64,000 nt of DNA from Candidatus Eiseniibacteriota bacterium (GTDB lineage Bacteria; Eisenbacteria; RBG-16-71-46): NCBI GenBank assembly GCA_031364845.1, contig JANLWX010000007.1, positions 64,001 to 128,000 of the forward strand, read 5' to 3'. The notes under the pieces were generated by a model. The model was not told where the DNA came from and searched no databases. It saw only the letters and a program-made list of their open reading frames with translations. How positions within the stretch are numbered: position 1 is the stretch's first letter; each line of letters opens with the position of its first letter. Both the position numbers and the translations under genes were made by a program. Of the stretch, positions 19,842 to 28,920 are shown piece after piece.

Positions 19842-19922
19842 CTTCAACTTGCCTCCGAGAATGGCGAGCGCGAGCTCCACCGGATTGTTGTAGCCGTGCC
19901 CGCGGAACACGAATCGCGGCAT
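19842..19922 (-). pseudogene. Truncated HxlR-family (winged HTH) regulator remnant
   Basis: Strong RBS GAGGAGG followed by MPRFVFRGHGYNNPVELALAILGGKLK, resembling the HxlR N-terminal Y..PVE.AL..IGGKWK. The resemblance stops after ~27 codons. Confidence 0.6.
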
Positions 19923-19938
19923 TGCGAACCCCTCCTCA

Positions 19939-19979
19939 ACTCACCCGGGGGTGAGTCTCTAACAAAATAGTGCGTTCTT
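19939..19979. promoter_or_regulatory. Candidate operator: palindrome ACTCACCC-GG-GGGTGAGT plus a degenerate second site CTAAC-N6-GTGCG
   Basis: Perfect 8-2-8 inverted repeat at 19939-19956, between the divergent HxlR remnant and the DJ-1 operon. Confidence 0.45.
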
Positions 19980-20099
19980 GATGAATGCTCCGAGGATCGC
20001 GACAGTGCTCCGGATGAATACATCGTGTGAGCAGGCCATCGCCCACGACGATGGAAGGCCATCGTACTGCAGCCACGTCCCGCCTCCTCGGAGAAGATC

Positions 20100-20837
20100 A
20101 TGTCCGCGAATATCCAGCCCTACGGCCGCGCGAAGAAGATTCTGTGCGTGGTTGCCAACCCATCCATCTCGACCACCCTCGGCTGGCCCGTAGGCTTCTG
20201 GGCCTCTGAACTGACCCACGCTTGGTACGAGTTCACCGAGGCCCGGTACGAAGTGACCATCGCGAGCCCCACGGGCGGCAAGGTCGAAATCGATGCGCTC
20301 AGCGATCCCTCCGATCCGAGCGGTTACTCCGCCCACGACCTGTTGAGCTTGGGCTTCCTTGCCAGTCCGAGCCACGCGGCCCTGCTCGCGGACACGCCGG
20401 CGATTGGCGCCCTGGACGCCGCAGGGTTCGACGCGCTGTATATCGCCGGAGGCCAGTCGCCGATGTTCACGTTTCGCGGCGACGCGGCGCTTCAGAAACT
20501 GATCCAGACGTTCTACGAAGAGGGCAAGGTGACGGCGGTGGTGTGCCACGGCACCGCGGCGTTGCTTGATGTGAGGCTGTCCGACGGCTCGTTGTTGATC
20601 GCGGGCCGGCACATGACGGGTTTCGCGAACAGCGAGGAGAACTTCGCCGATCAGGCCGTCGGACGCACGGTGATGCCGTATCGCATCGAAGACGAAGCAA
20701 GACGAGCGGGCGCCAACTTCGTCACCGCACCCGCCTTCCGTCCGCACGCGGTGCGCGACGGCCACCTGATCACCGGCCAGCAGCAGTATTCGGGACGCGC
20801 GGCAGCCGAACTCGTGCTGCAGGCGCTGGGGAGATGA
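20100..20837 (+). CDS. DJ-1/PfpI (type 1 glutamine amidotransferase-like) protein
   Basis: GFWASEL, IAGGQSPM, AVVCHG (catalytic Cys) and LITGQQ motifs. Confidence 0.9.
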   Translation: MSANIQPYGRAKKILCVVANPSISTTLGWPVGFWASELTHAWYEFTEARYEVTIASPTGGKVEIDALSDPSDPSGYSAHDLLSLGFLASPSHAALLADTPAIGALDAAGFDALYIAGGQSPMFTFRGDAALQKLIQTFYEEGKVTAVVCHGTAALLDVRLSDGSLLIAGRHMTGFANSEENFADQAVGRTVMPYRIEDEARRAGANFVTAPAFRPHAVRDGHLITGQQQYSGRAAAELVLQALGR

Positions 20838-21505
20838 GCATGCGGATCGCGATCATCGGCGCGGGCAATGTGGGTTCGGCGCTGGGCGCTCGTCTGGCGC
20901 CTCTGGGAGAAGAAGTGCGTTTCGGTGTGAGAGCGGGCTCGGACGCCTCGGGCGCGATCGCGCGCTCGGGGGGAAAGGCGATCGCGCTCGGCGTGCGTGA
21001 AGCCGCCGCGGGCGCCGAAGTCGTGTTCCTCACCGTTCCCGCAGCGGTGGCGATCGATGCCGCGCGCGAAGCGACGCCGGCGAGAGGTGCCGTTCTGATC
21101 GATTGCACCAATCCGGTGGAGTGGAAGGATGGGCCGGTGGCCGCACCGCCGCCCGAAGGCTCGGTCGCTGCGGCGCTCGCTGCGGCACTTCCCGGTGTCC
21201 ACGTGGTGAAGGCCTTCAACATGTTCGGCGCCGAGATCCACGCCGATCCCGTGCTCGCGGGTCGCGCGGCACAGGTGCCGATGGCAGGCGACGACGACGC
21301 CGCGAAGGCGCAGGTCATGGCACTCGCGCGGCGGATGGGATTCGAGCCGATCGATGCCGGTCCGTTACGCAACGCGGCGCTCCTCGAAGCGATGGCGGTA
21401 TTGTGGATTCATCTCGCCCTCAAGGGCGGTCTTGGACGCGAATGGGCGTTCCAGGCGACGGGACGGAAGGCGGATCGTTTGTTTGCAGGCGCAGGGAAGG
21501 CTTGA
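20834..21505 (+). CDS. NADPH-dependent F420-reductase-like oxidoreductase (F420_oxidored family)
   Basis: IIGAGNVG, IDCTNP, VVKAFN, GDDDAAK and IDAGPL motifs; ATGA overlap with the upstream gene. Confidence 0.88.
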   Translation: MSMRIAIIGAGNVGSALGARLAPLGEEVRFGVRAGSDASGAIARSGGKAIALGVREAAAGAEVVFLTVPAAVAIDAAREATPARGAVLIDCTNPVEWKDGPVAAPPPEGSVAAALAAALPGVHVVKAFNMFGAEIHADPVLAGRAAQVPMAGDDDAAKAQVMALARRMGFEPIDAGPLRNAALLEAMAVLWIHLALKGGLGREWAFQATGRKADRLFAGAGKA

Positions 21506-21512
21506 TTCCGCC

Positions 21513-22838
21513 TCACCTGGCGCGCGCAGCCTTCGCCAGGACCTCTGCGCTTGACCGCCGTACGCGCGGGAGTTCTGGATTGGCGTGATCGACCGCGTAG
21601 AGGCCGAAGCGCCCGTGCCAGCCCTCGGCCCACTCGAAGTTGTCGAGCAGTGACCAGTGCAAGTAGCCGCGAACGTTGGCGCCGCGCGCGATCGCGCGCG
21701 CGAGCGTGTCGAGCGACGCCGCAAGCACCGCGGGCCGCAGCGCGTCGGTGGCATCGGCGACACCGTGCTCGGTGATGAGCACCGGGATGTCGTGCTGCGC
21801 GTCCGGTGCCCGCGCCTTGGCGACGGCGCGCGCGACGCGGTCCGCGCGCTCAACCGCGGCCGCGAGCCCTTCCGCCCACATCTCCCATCCGAGATCGTTC
21901 ACCTGGGAGCCGCGCCGCGCGACGTGCGGCACCGGGCCGGTCGCGCGCACCATCCAGCGCGTGTAGTAGTTGAGCCCGTAGTAGTCCATCGCGCCGTGGA
22001 GCTCGGGCACGCGCCGGCGCACGCCTCGCGCTCCCGGAATCGAGAGCGCGATCTCACCGGTCACCGCGGCCACGTGCACGGCTTCGTTGAACACGCGGTC
22101 CTCGAAATGCGCGCGCAGCGCGTCGAGCGGCATCCACCAGCGATCGGCTTCGAGCTGCACCAGATGCTTCGCGAATCCCACGATCGCCGCGCGGCCGTCG
22201 CCGTCGGCGTCGATGCGGTCCTCCTCGTGCAGGATGCGGTAGGCGCGGCCATGCGCTTCGAGCATGTTCGCGATCACGCACAGCGCGGCACTGTCGTCGC
22301 GCTTGCGCGGCGGCCACAGCCCTTCCGAGTACGCGCGAAACGCATAGACCTCGGGCTCGTTGACCGTGCACCACCAATCGACTTCGCCGCCGTACTCGCG
22401 CGCGCAGAAACGCGCGAAATCGCAGAACGCGTCGATCGTCGTGCGCGCCTCCCAGCCGCCGTGATCCGCGATCCACAGCGGATTGGTGAAGTGGTGCAGC
22501 GTGACGATCGGTGTGAGGTGGTGCCGCGCGAGCGAGGCGAACACGTCGTGGTAGTGCGCGACGGCGGCGTCGTCGATGCGGCCGTGCTCGGGCTCGATGC
22601 GGCTCCATTCGATCGACAGCCGGTGCGCGTTGTGGCCGTCGGCCTCGGCGAGCGCGAAGTCGGAGTCGAAGCGCTCGTAGTGGCGGCACGCATCGCCGCT
22701 CTGGCAGGCGCCTCGGATGGCGCCGGGCAGTTGTTCGAAGCGCCACCAGTCGTTCAGGCGATTGCCGCCTTCGACCTGGTGTGCCGAGGTGCCGGCGCCC
22801 CACATGAATCCCCTGGGGAATCGCGGCGTGTCGTTCAT
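21513..22838 (-). CDS. Glycoside hydrolase family 1 (beta-glucosidase)
   Basis: FMWGAGTSAHQVEG, TVNEP (acid/base), ITEHG (nucleophile), WSLLDNFEWAEG. Confidence 0.93.
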   Translation of the reverse strand: MNDTPRFPRGFMWGAGTSAHQVEGGNRLNDWWRFEQLPGAIRGACQSGDACRHYERFDSDFALAEADGHNAHRLSIEWSRIEPEHGRIDDAAVAHYHDVFASLARHHLTPIVTLHHFTNPLWIADHGGWEARTTIDAFCDFARFCAREYGGEVDWWCTVNEPEVYAFRAYSEGLWPPRKRDDSAALCVIANMLEAHGRAYRILHEEDRIDADGDGRAAIVGFAKHLVQLEADRWWMPLDALRAHFEDRVFNEAVHVAAVTGEIALSIPGARGVRRRVPELHGAMDYYGLNYYTRWMVRATGPVPHVARRGSQVNDLGWEMWAEGLAAAVERADRVARAVAKARAPDAQHDIPVLITEHGVADATDALRPAVLAASLDTLARAIARGANVRGYLHWSLLDNFEWAEGWHGRFGLYAVDHANPELPRVRRSSAEVLAKAARAR

Positions 22839-23059
22839 GCGGGGGTTATCGGCCCGGGCGCATGAACACTTTGCGCCCCGCGCGGCTGCGCGATCCGATC
22901 CACTGCGCGTCGCCAGGTGCGCGCAGCGCCATCACGGGTTTCCCCATCCCGCAGACCCCGGCATATGCTGCGGGCTTCCAGAACCCTCATGAATGGAATT
23001 GTCGTACCCAGCATGGGCGGCAGAATAGCCCACGGCGGAGGCGTGTCGAGAGTGTTCAG

Positions 23060-23956
23060 GTGGTCGAAGTGACGAGAGACGCGCGGCGCGTGGGGATCGG
23101 ACTCCGCGACGGCTGGCAGCGCCTGGTGCCTGCGGACTGGCTGCGTGGCTGGCAGCCGCAGCGCTTCGAGTTGAACGGAGGCTGGACCGAGGTCGTCGTG
23201 ATGGGCGAAGGCCCGCCGCTGGTGCTGCTGCCGCCGCTGCCGGGCTACAAGGAGTCGTGGCTCGCGTGTGCGGGGTTGCTCGCGCGCGAGTTCCGCGTGA
23301 TCACCTTCGATCTGCGCGCGCGATTCGCGGGCCCGCCGCGCTGGGACGCGCTGCTCGACGACGTCACGAGCATTCTCTCCGTGCACGCTCCGGGGCGTGT
23401 GCGCCTCGCCGGTCATTCGCTGGGCGGCGCGCTCGCGCAGCGCTGGACGCTCGCGCATCCGGAACGTGTGGCCGCACTCGTTCTTTCCAGCACGTTCGCG
23501 CGCGTCACGAATCCGCGCGGCAACTGGTGGGCGCGCTTCGTCGAGCAGCCGGTGGTGCTCGCGGGCCAGCGCCTGCTGCCGGATGCGCTCGCGCGACCGC
23601 TCGCGCGCCACGGCGCCGCGCGCGGCGCGTGGGTCTACGACGCGCGCTGCGACGATGCCGTGCTCGACTTCGTGCGCTTCTGCATGCGCGACCTCGCGGT
23701 CGCCGACGCGCGCCAGACCGTGGCGCTCGCGATCGCGCACGACACGCGCGCCACGCTCGCGTCCTTGGCACCTCCAGTGCGCATCGTGGTCGGTGAACTC
23801 GAGAGCGTGTTCTACCTCGAGGCACTCGCCGAGTTGCGCGCGCTGTTGCCGCGTGCCGACTTCGTCGAGTCGCCGGGCGTGAGCCACCTGCATCTGCTCT
23901 CGAGCCCGCAGTGGCTCGCGGAGCGGATCGCCGAGTGGATGCGGGGGAGGACGTGA
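23060..23956 (+). CDS. Alpha/beta hydrolase
   Basis: GEGPPLVLL, GHSLGG, AHPERVAALVL and a C-terminal His; start uncertain (GTG 23060 or 23069). Confidence 0.8.
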   Translation: MVEVTRDARRVGIGLRDGWQRLVPADWLRGWQPQRFELNGGWTEVVVMGEGPPLVLLPPLPGYKESWLACAGLLAREFRVITFDLRARFAGPPRWDALLDDVTSILSVHAPGRVRLAGHSLGGALAQRWTLAHPERVAALVLSSTFARVTNPRGNWWARFVEQPVVLAGQRLLPDALARPLARHGAARGAWVYDARCDDAVLDFVRFCMRDLAVADARQTVALAIAHDTRATLASLAPPVRIVVGELESVFYLEALAELRALLPRADFVESPGVSHLHLLSSPQWLAERIAEWMRGRT

Positions 23957-25227
23957 CCGCGGCCACCGCGGCCGCGGACGACTTTCGCGATCGCTTTCGC
24001 GCGCTGCGCCACCGCAACTTCCGGCTCTACTGGGGCGGTCAGCTCACGTCGCTGATCGGCACCTGGATGCAGAGCGTCGCACAGGGCTGGCTCATGCACC
24101 GGCTCACGTCCTCGGCGTTCATGCTGGGACTGCTCGTGTTCACGCAGTTCCTGCCGGTGCTGATTTTCAGCCTGTGGGCGGGCGTGATCGCCGACCGCGT
24201 CGACAAGCGGCGCATGCTGCTGATCACGCAGACGTGCGCGTTCGTCCAGGCGGTCGTGCTCGCAGTGGTCGTCACACTCGGCATCGCCGAGCCGTGGATG
24301 GTGCTGGTGCTCGCGTTCGTGTACGGCACGTTCAACGCGTTCGACCTGCCGGCGCGCCAGTCGTATCTGGTGGAGTTGGTCGGCAAGGAGGACCTGCCGA
24401 ACGGCATCGCGCTCAATTCGGCGGCGTTCAATACCGCGCGCGTGATCGGTCCCGCGATCGCCGGCATCCTGCTGGCGCGGGTCGGCGAGGCGGGATGCTT
24501 CTGGATCAACGCGCTCTCCTATCTCGCGGTGATCTCGAGCCTGTGGCGCATCCGTGTGGATCGCGCAGCGGTGGCACCCGCGAACCGCTCGAACTCGCTG
24601 ATGGAAGGCGTGCGCTATGTCGTGAAGACGCGGCCGCTGCGCAATCTGCTCGTGCTGCTCATGTTCATGTCCGGGCTCGGATTCCAGTACTCCGTGTTGC
24701 TGCCGGTCTACACCAAGGACATCCTGCATGAGAACGCAGACACGTTCGGCTGGCTGATCTCGGCGTTCGGCGTGGGTTCGTTGGTGTCGGCGGTGCTGAT
24801 GACGCGCCGGCTCGATCGCTGGGCGCTGCGGCGCAACCTCCAACTCGGCCTCGTCACCGCCGCGATCGGCATGGGTGTGTTCGCATGGTCGCGATGGCTC
24901 ACGCTCTCGCTCGCGATGGGTTACCTCGCGGGCTTCGGGCTCATCCTCTATGTCGCGAGCACCAACACGCTGATCCAGCTCACGACCGAGGACCGATTCC
25001 GCGGCCGCATCATGAGCTTCTATACGGTGATGTTCATTGGCTCGGCACCCTTCGGCGCGCTCATCAGCGGACTCGTTGCCCAGCACTTCGGAGCGCCGTG
25101 GGCCACGACGCTCAGTGCGGTGGTGCTCGCGGCGGGCGCGGTGTGGATCACGTATCGCCTGCGGTTGATCGCGGCGCGCGAAGCCGCCGCTCCGGCACCG
25201 CCGACGCACGTGGAGAAGCTGGGGTAA
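23953..25227 (+). CDS. MFS transporter (MFS_3/DHA3-like)
   Basis: ALRHRNFRLYWGGQ..S.IGTWMQ, GVIADRVDKRR, FRGRIMS; GTGA overlap and GGAGG RBS. Confidence 0.92.
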   Translation: MTAATAAADDFRDRFRALRHRNFRLYWGGQLTSLIGTWMQSVAQGWLMHRLTSSAFMLGLLVFTQFLPVLIFSLWAGVIADRVDKRRMLLITQTCAFVQAVVLAVVVTLGIAEPWMVLVLAFVYGTFNAFDLPARQSYLVELVGKEDLPNGIALNSAAFNTARVIGPAIAGILLARVGEAGCFWINALSYLAVISSLWRIRVDRAAVAPANRSNSLMEGVRYVVKTRPLRNLLVLLMFMSGLGFQYSVLLPVYTKDILHENADTFGWLISAFGVGSLVSAVLMTRRLDRWALRRNLQLGLVTAAIGMGVFAWSRWLTLSLAMGYLAGFGLILYVASTNTLIQLTTEDRFRGRIMSFYTVMFIGSAPFGALISGLVAQHFGAPWATTLSAVVLAAGAVWITYRLRLIAAREAAAPAPPTHVEKLG

Positions 25228-25242
25228 AGCCCGGCGCGGGCG

Positions 25243-26328
25243 TCAGTGGCCCGCGGGCGACTCCAACTGCGCGAACAGCCGCCGCACGCCCGCGCGCGTG
25301 TGGCCGCCGATCATGGCGCGCGTCGCGATGCGCTTCACCTCCGGGCGCGTGAGCTTCGGGCGCGTGTCGCCGCACGGAAACGCGGGATCGCGCCGCGCTT
25401 CACGCAGCGAAGCCAGCGCCCACAGCGCGGGCCACAGGCAGAACATCCGGTAGCGCCAGTGGCGTGCGGGAATGCGCTCGAGGTATTCCGGCACTTCGCC
25501 GAGTGCCGCGCGCGCGAGCGCTTCGAGCCGCCGTGCCGCCGCCTTGGCCCCGACGCGCGACGGATCGACGAGTTCGTGCGGTTTCAGTTGGTATTCGTCG
25601 AGCCACGCCGCCGGCACGTAACAGCGCCCGCGCCGCACGTCGCGCGGCCAGTCGAGCAGGATGTTCGTGAGCTGGAGCGCCTCGCCGACCGCGGGGGCGA
25701 GCTGGATCAATTCGGCGTCGGTGTCCGGTTCCTTCGCGGGCGCGCGCAGCGCGTGGAGCTGCGTCAGCATCACGCCGACGCAGCCCGCCACCACGAAGCA
25801 GTAGTCGTGCAGCTCCGCCTCGGTGTCGAGGTAGGCGGGAAGCGCGGCCGGATCGCCTTCGCGTGCGGCGGCGCGCACGGCGTAGCGACGCATGCCGTTC
25901 GCCATCAGCGTGACTGCGCGCGCGACGATCATGCGATCGCCCGCATCGAGCCCCGCATAGACGCGCAGCACCGCGGGAAGATGGGCGACCAGCTCGAGGT
26001 CCGGTGAAGCCGCTCTGAGCGCGTGCGCGGAACGCGCGAGTTCATCCGCCGCCGCGCCATGCCCGCCGAGCGCTTCGACGAACAGATCGAAGCGCCCGCC
26101 GACTTCCGAAGGTGCTCCCGGCCACGAGTCCTCGAGCGCGTCCGCCGCCCGGCACAGGAGGTAGGCGATCTCGACCGTGTCGTGCATGGAGCCGCGCAGC
26201 ACGCCGATGTTCGCTGCGAACGTGCGCGACACGCGCGGCAGCACCTCGTGACAATAGGCGCGATCGGCGGCGAGATTCGCACCACCCGCGACTTGCGGCG
26301 AGAAGGATTCCGCGCTCGGCGCCGTCAC
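25243..26328 (-). CDS. Squalene/phytoene synthase family protein
   Basis: VSRTFA, YLLCRAADALED, DYCFVVAGCVG, ALQLTNILLDWPRD...GRCYVP; GTG start overlaps the upstream stop. Confidence 0.88.
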   Translation of the reverse strand: MTAPSAESFSPQVAGGANLAADRAYCHEVLPRVSRTFAANIGVLRGSMHDTVEIAYLLCRAADALEDSWPGAPSEVGGRFDLFVEALGGHGAAADELARSAHALRAASPDLELVAHLPAVLRVYAGLDAGDRMIVARAVTLMANGMRRYAVRAAAREGDPAALPAYLDTEAELHDYCFVVAGCVGVMLTQLHALRAPAKEPDTDAELIQLAPAVGEALQLTNILLDWPRDVRRGRCYVPAAWLDEYQLKPHELVDPSRVGAKAAARRLEALARAALGEVPEYLERIPARHWRYRMFCLWPALWALASLREARRDPAFPCGDTRPKLTRPEVKRIATRAMIGGHTRAGVRRLFAQLESPAGH

Positions 26329-26795
26329 GCGGCTTCGATCTCCTCGATCTCGGCGGTCCAGCGCACGGAGACCGCATTGCGGAGCGTCGCCGCGGTCGGG
26401 CATTTCTCCTGGTGCCGCGCGAGCGCGCGGTCCACCGTCTCGCGCGTGCCGGACGGGATGCGCAACCGGTAGTGGACGACGATCTCTGTAAGCACCGGCA
26501 TTCCCTCGCGCACCTCGTGCAATCCTTCGGCCTCGGCCGCGATCGCGTCGTTCGGAAGCTTGACCTGCCGCACATCCAGCGCGGCTTTCAGGGTTCCGAG
26601 CATTCAGCCCGCGGTGGCCGCGACGATGAAGTCGACGGGCAGCGGAAGCTCGCGCTCCGGATCGAGCCGGAACAGCTCGCGAACCGCGCCATGCACTCCG
26701 AAGTCCACTTCGGGGCCGGATTCGAGATGCGCGCGGCGATGCAGCGGCCCCAGCACTTCGAGGCGTGAGCGCGACGTATAGAAAGGTTCGGTCAT
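26325..26795 (-). CDS. OsmC-like protein, probable selenoprotein (UGA at 26604-26606)
   Basis: ORFs 26604.. and 26325..26603 share a frame and join as PVDFIVAATAG*MLGTLKAAL...HQEKCPTAATL. The TGA occupies the first catalytic Cys of the OsmC/Ohr fold. ATG 26795 with AGGAG; 156 aa. Confidence 0.85.
26564..26592 (-). promoter_or_regulatory. Bacterial SECIS-like hairpin downstream of UGA 26604-26606
   Basis: CCU-GAAA-GCCGCGC-[UGGAU]-GUGCGGC-AGG; loop has G at position 2 and lies 25 nt after the UGA. Confidence 0.6.
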
Positions 26796-26959
26796 GAAGT
26801 CACTCCTGGCGAGAGGTGGCGCGGCAAAGATAGGGAGAACGGTGGACACGCGCCAGCGCAGTCGGGTTCGAACGCCATCGATTAGAGCGCGTGTTGAACT
26901 TGCCTCGCATGCCGCCAAGTATGCTAGCTTTTCCGCCCCTGTCGTTTCCGGAGGTATCC

Positions 26960-27901
26960 GTGTCCCCGTCTCGCGCGTTCGCGATGGCCGCCCTGCTTGG
27001 CCGGACCACCGCGTTTCTCATGTTCGGACTGTTGGTGGTGGGGGCGGTCGTGCGGACGACCGGGTCCGGGCTCGCGTGCCCCGACTGGCCGCTGTGCGAA
27101 GGACGGCTGATCCCGCGCTTTCAGTTCAACGTGCTGATCGAGTGGGGCCACCGCATGGCCGCACTGCTCGTGAGCGTGATGTTGTTCGCGACTGCGGCAT
27201 GGGTGTTGGCGCGGCGGGAGTTGCGCGCCCGGCTCGGCGGATTGATCGGGCTTTCGGTTCTGCTGCTGTTCGTTCAGATCCTGCTCGGCGCGCTCACCGT
27301 GTGGAAGCTGCTGAGCCCGGCGGTCGTGAGCAGCCACCTTGCGGTCGCGGTGCTGCTGTTCGTCACGCTGCTCGTGTTCTCGCTGCGGGCCGACACGCAT
27401 GCGGACCTCGAGGAAGCAGGCGCGACGCCGGCCGTGCCGACTCCGGCGCCCGGTCTCACGGCGGCGTTCGCGGTCGTCGCGGTGCTCACGTATGCGCAGG
27501 TCGTGCTCGGCGGGCTCGTGAGCACGAATCACGCTTCGACCGCGTGTCCCGACTGGCCGACCTGCCGCGGGGAGTGGTTTCCGGCGATGACCGGGCTCAT
27601 CGGGATCCACATGCTGCACCGGTTCGGCGGCTATCTGGTGGCGCTCTCGGTGCTGATGCTGGCGCTCGCCGCGCGCAGCGAGTCGCTGCCGGTGCTCGCC
27701 GGCGCGCGGGCGGCGTTCACACTGGTGGTGGCGCAGGTGATCCTCGGCGTGTGCAATGTCCTGCTGGCAGCCCCGGTGTGGGTATCGGCGATGCATCTCG
27801 CGACCGCGGTCGCCCTGCTCGCCACGCTGGTCATCACCACCTACCGACTCGCTTCGGCGCCGGCGCCGCACCCGGCGATGGTGCCGGCGGAGGCGCGATG
27901 A
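26960..27901 (+). CDS. ctaA: Heme A synthase (COX15/CtaA)
   Basis: GSGLACPDWPLC, IEWGHR, second CPDWPTC, HMLHR; GTG 26960 after GGAGG. Confidence 0.9.
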   Translation: MSPSRAFAMAALLGRTTAFLMFGLLVVGAVVRTTGSGLACPDWPLCEGRLIPRFQFNVLIEWGHRMAALLVSVMLFATAAWVLARRELRARLGGLIGLSVLLLFVQILLGALTVWKLLSPAVVSSHLAVAVLLFVTLLVFSLRADTHADLEEAGATPAVPTPAPGLTAAFAVVAVLTYAQVVLGGLVSTNHASTACPDWPTCRGEWFPAMTGLIGIHMLHRFGGYLVALSVLMLALAARSESLPVLAGARAAFTLVVAQVILGVCNVLLAAPVWVSAMHLATAVALLATLVITTYRLASAPAPHPAMVPAEAR

Positions 27902-28824
27902 GCACCGCGACCGTCGTGGCTCCGCGTCCGAACCTGTCGCGCCTGATCGCGGGGTACGTCGAGTTCACCAAACCGCGCATCGTCATGCTGGTCCTGGTCA
28001 CCGGGGCTCCGGCGCTGCTGATCGCGGCACGCGGCCTTCCCGGCGCGCGCGTGGCACTCGCGGGCCTGATCGGCACGGCGCTCGCGGCGATGTCGGCCGC
28101 CTGCTTCAACCACTACTACGACCGCGACATCGACGCCCTGATGCGGCGCACCGCCTCGCGGCCGCTGCCCTCGGGGCTGATTCCGCCTTCGCACGCCGTG
28201 ATCCTCGGGTTCACGCTCGGCATCGCCGCCCTCGCGATTCTCGCGGCGTTCACGAATCTGCTCGCCGCCGGACTCGGACTGGCGTCGATCTTCTACTACG
28301 CCGTCGTCTACACGGTGTGGCTCAAGCGGCGCACGCCGCAGAACATCGTGATCGGAGGGGCTGCCGGCGCTTCGGCGCCGATGATCGCGTGGGCCGCCGT
28401 GACCGGCGAGGTCAGCCTCGCCGCGGTGCTGTTGTCATCGATCGTGTTCCTGTGGACGCCGCCTCATTTTTGGGCGCTGTCGCTCTATCGCAGCGACGAC
28501 TACGCGCGCGCCGGCATTCCGATGCTGCCGGTCACGCACGGGGAGGCGGAGACCCGCCGCCAGATCGTCCTCTATTCGTGGATCCTGGTACCCGGAACCC
28601 TCGCGCTGTGGCCGCTCGGGCTTATCGGCCCGGTGTACCTGATCCCGGCAGTGCTGCTCGGTGTGGAGTTCCTGCGCCGCGCCCACCGGCTGCACGCGAG
28701 CGGCTCGATACCCGATGCGGTGGGCCTGTTCCGCTACTCGATCCTCTATCTGCTGCTGCTCTATCTCGCGCTCACTGCCGATGCGATCGTCCGCTACGTG
28801 GTGCCGGGATCCGCGGCAGGTTGA
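27898..28824 (+). CDS. ctaB: Protoheme IX farnesyltransferase (heme O synthase)
   Basis: TKPRI, NHYYDRDIDALMRRT..RPLPSG, LKRRTPQNIVIGG, WTPPHFWAL. Confidence 0.95.
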   Translation: MSTATVVAPRPNLSRLIAGYVEFTKPRIVMLVLVTGAPALLIAARGLPGARVALAGLIGTALAAMSAACFNHYYDRDIDALMRRTASRPLPSGLIPPSHAVILGFTLGIAALAILAAFTNLLAAGLGLASIFYYAVVYTVWLKRRTPQNIVIGGAAGASAPMIAWAAVTGEVSLAAVLLSSIVFLWTPPHFWALSLYRSDDYARAGIPMLPVTHGEAETRRQIVLYSWILVPGTLALWPLGLIGPVYLIPAVLLGVEFLRRAHRLHASGSIPDAVGLFRYSILYLLLLYLALTADAIVRYVVPGSAAG

Positions 28825-28920
28825 CGACTTCACACGCGTAGGAGGTCGTGGTAGTTTCCCGCGCGTTTGCTTCCAACACACTCGCGCAGTTCGCGCCGGA
28901 CCGTTCAACCTGGGGAGTCT

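Noticed and set aside
21513..26328. GH1-hydrolase-MFS-squalene synthase as a terpene biosynthetic cluster
   Set aside because: Mixed orientations and no cyclase, desaturase or prenyltransferase partner; adjacency alone is not evidence.
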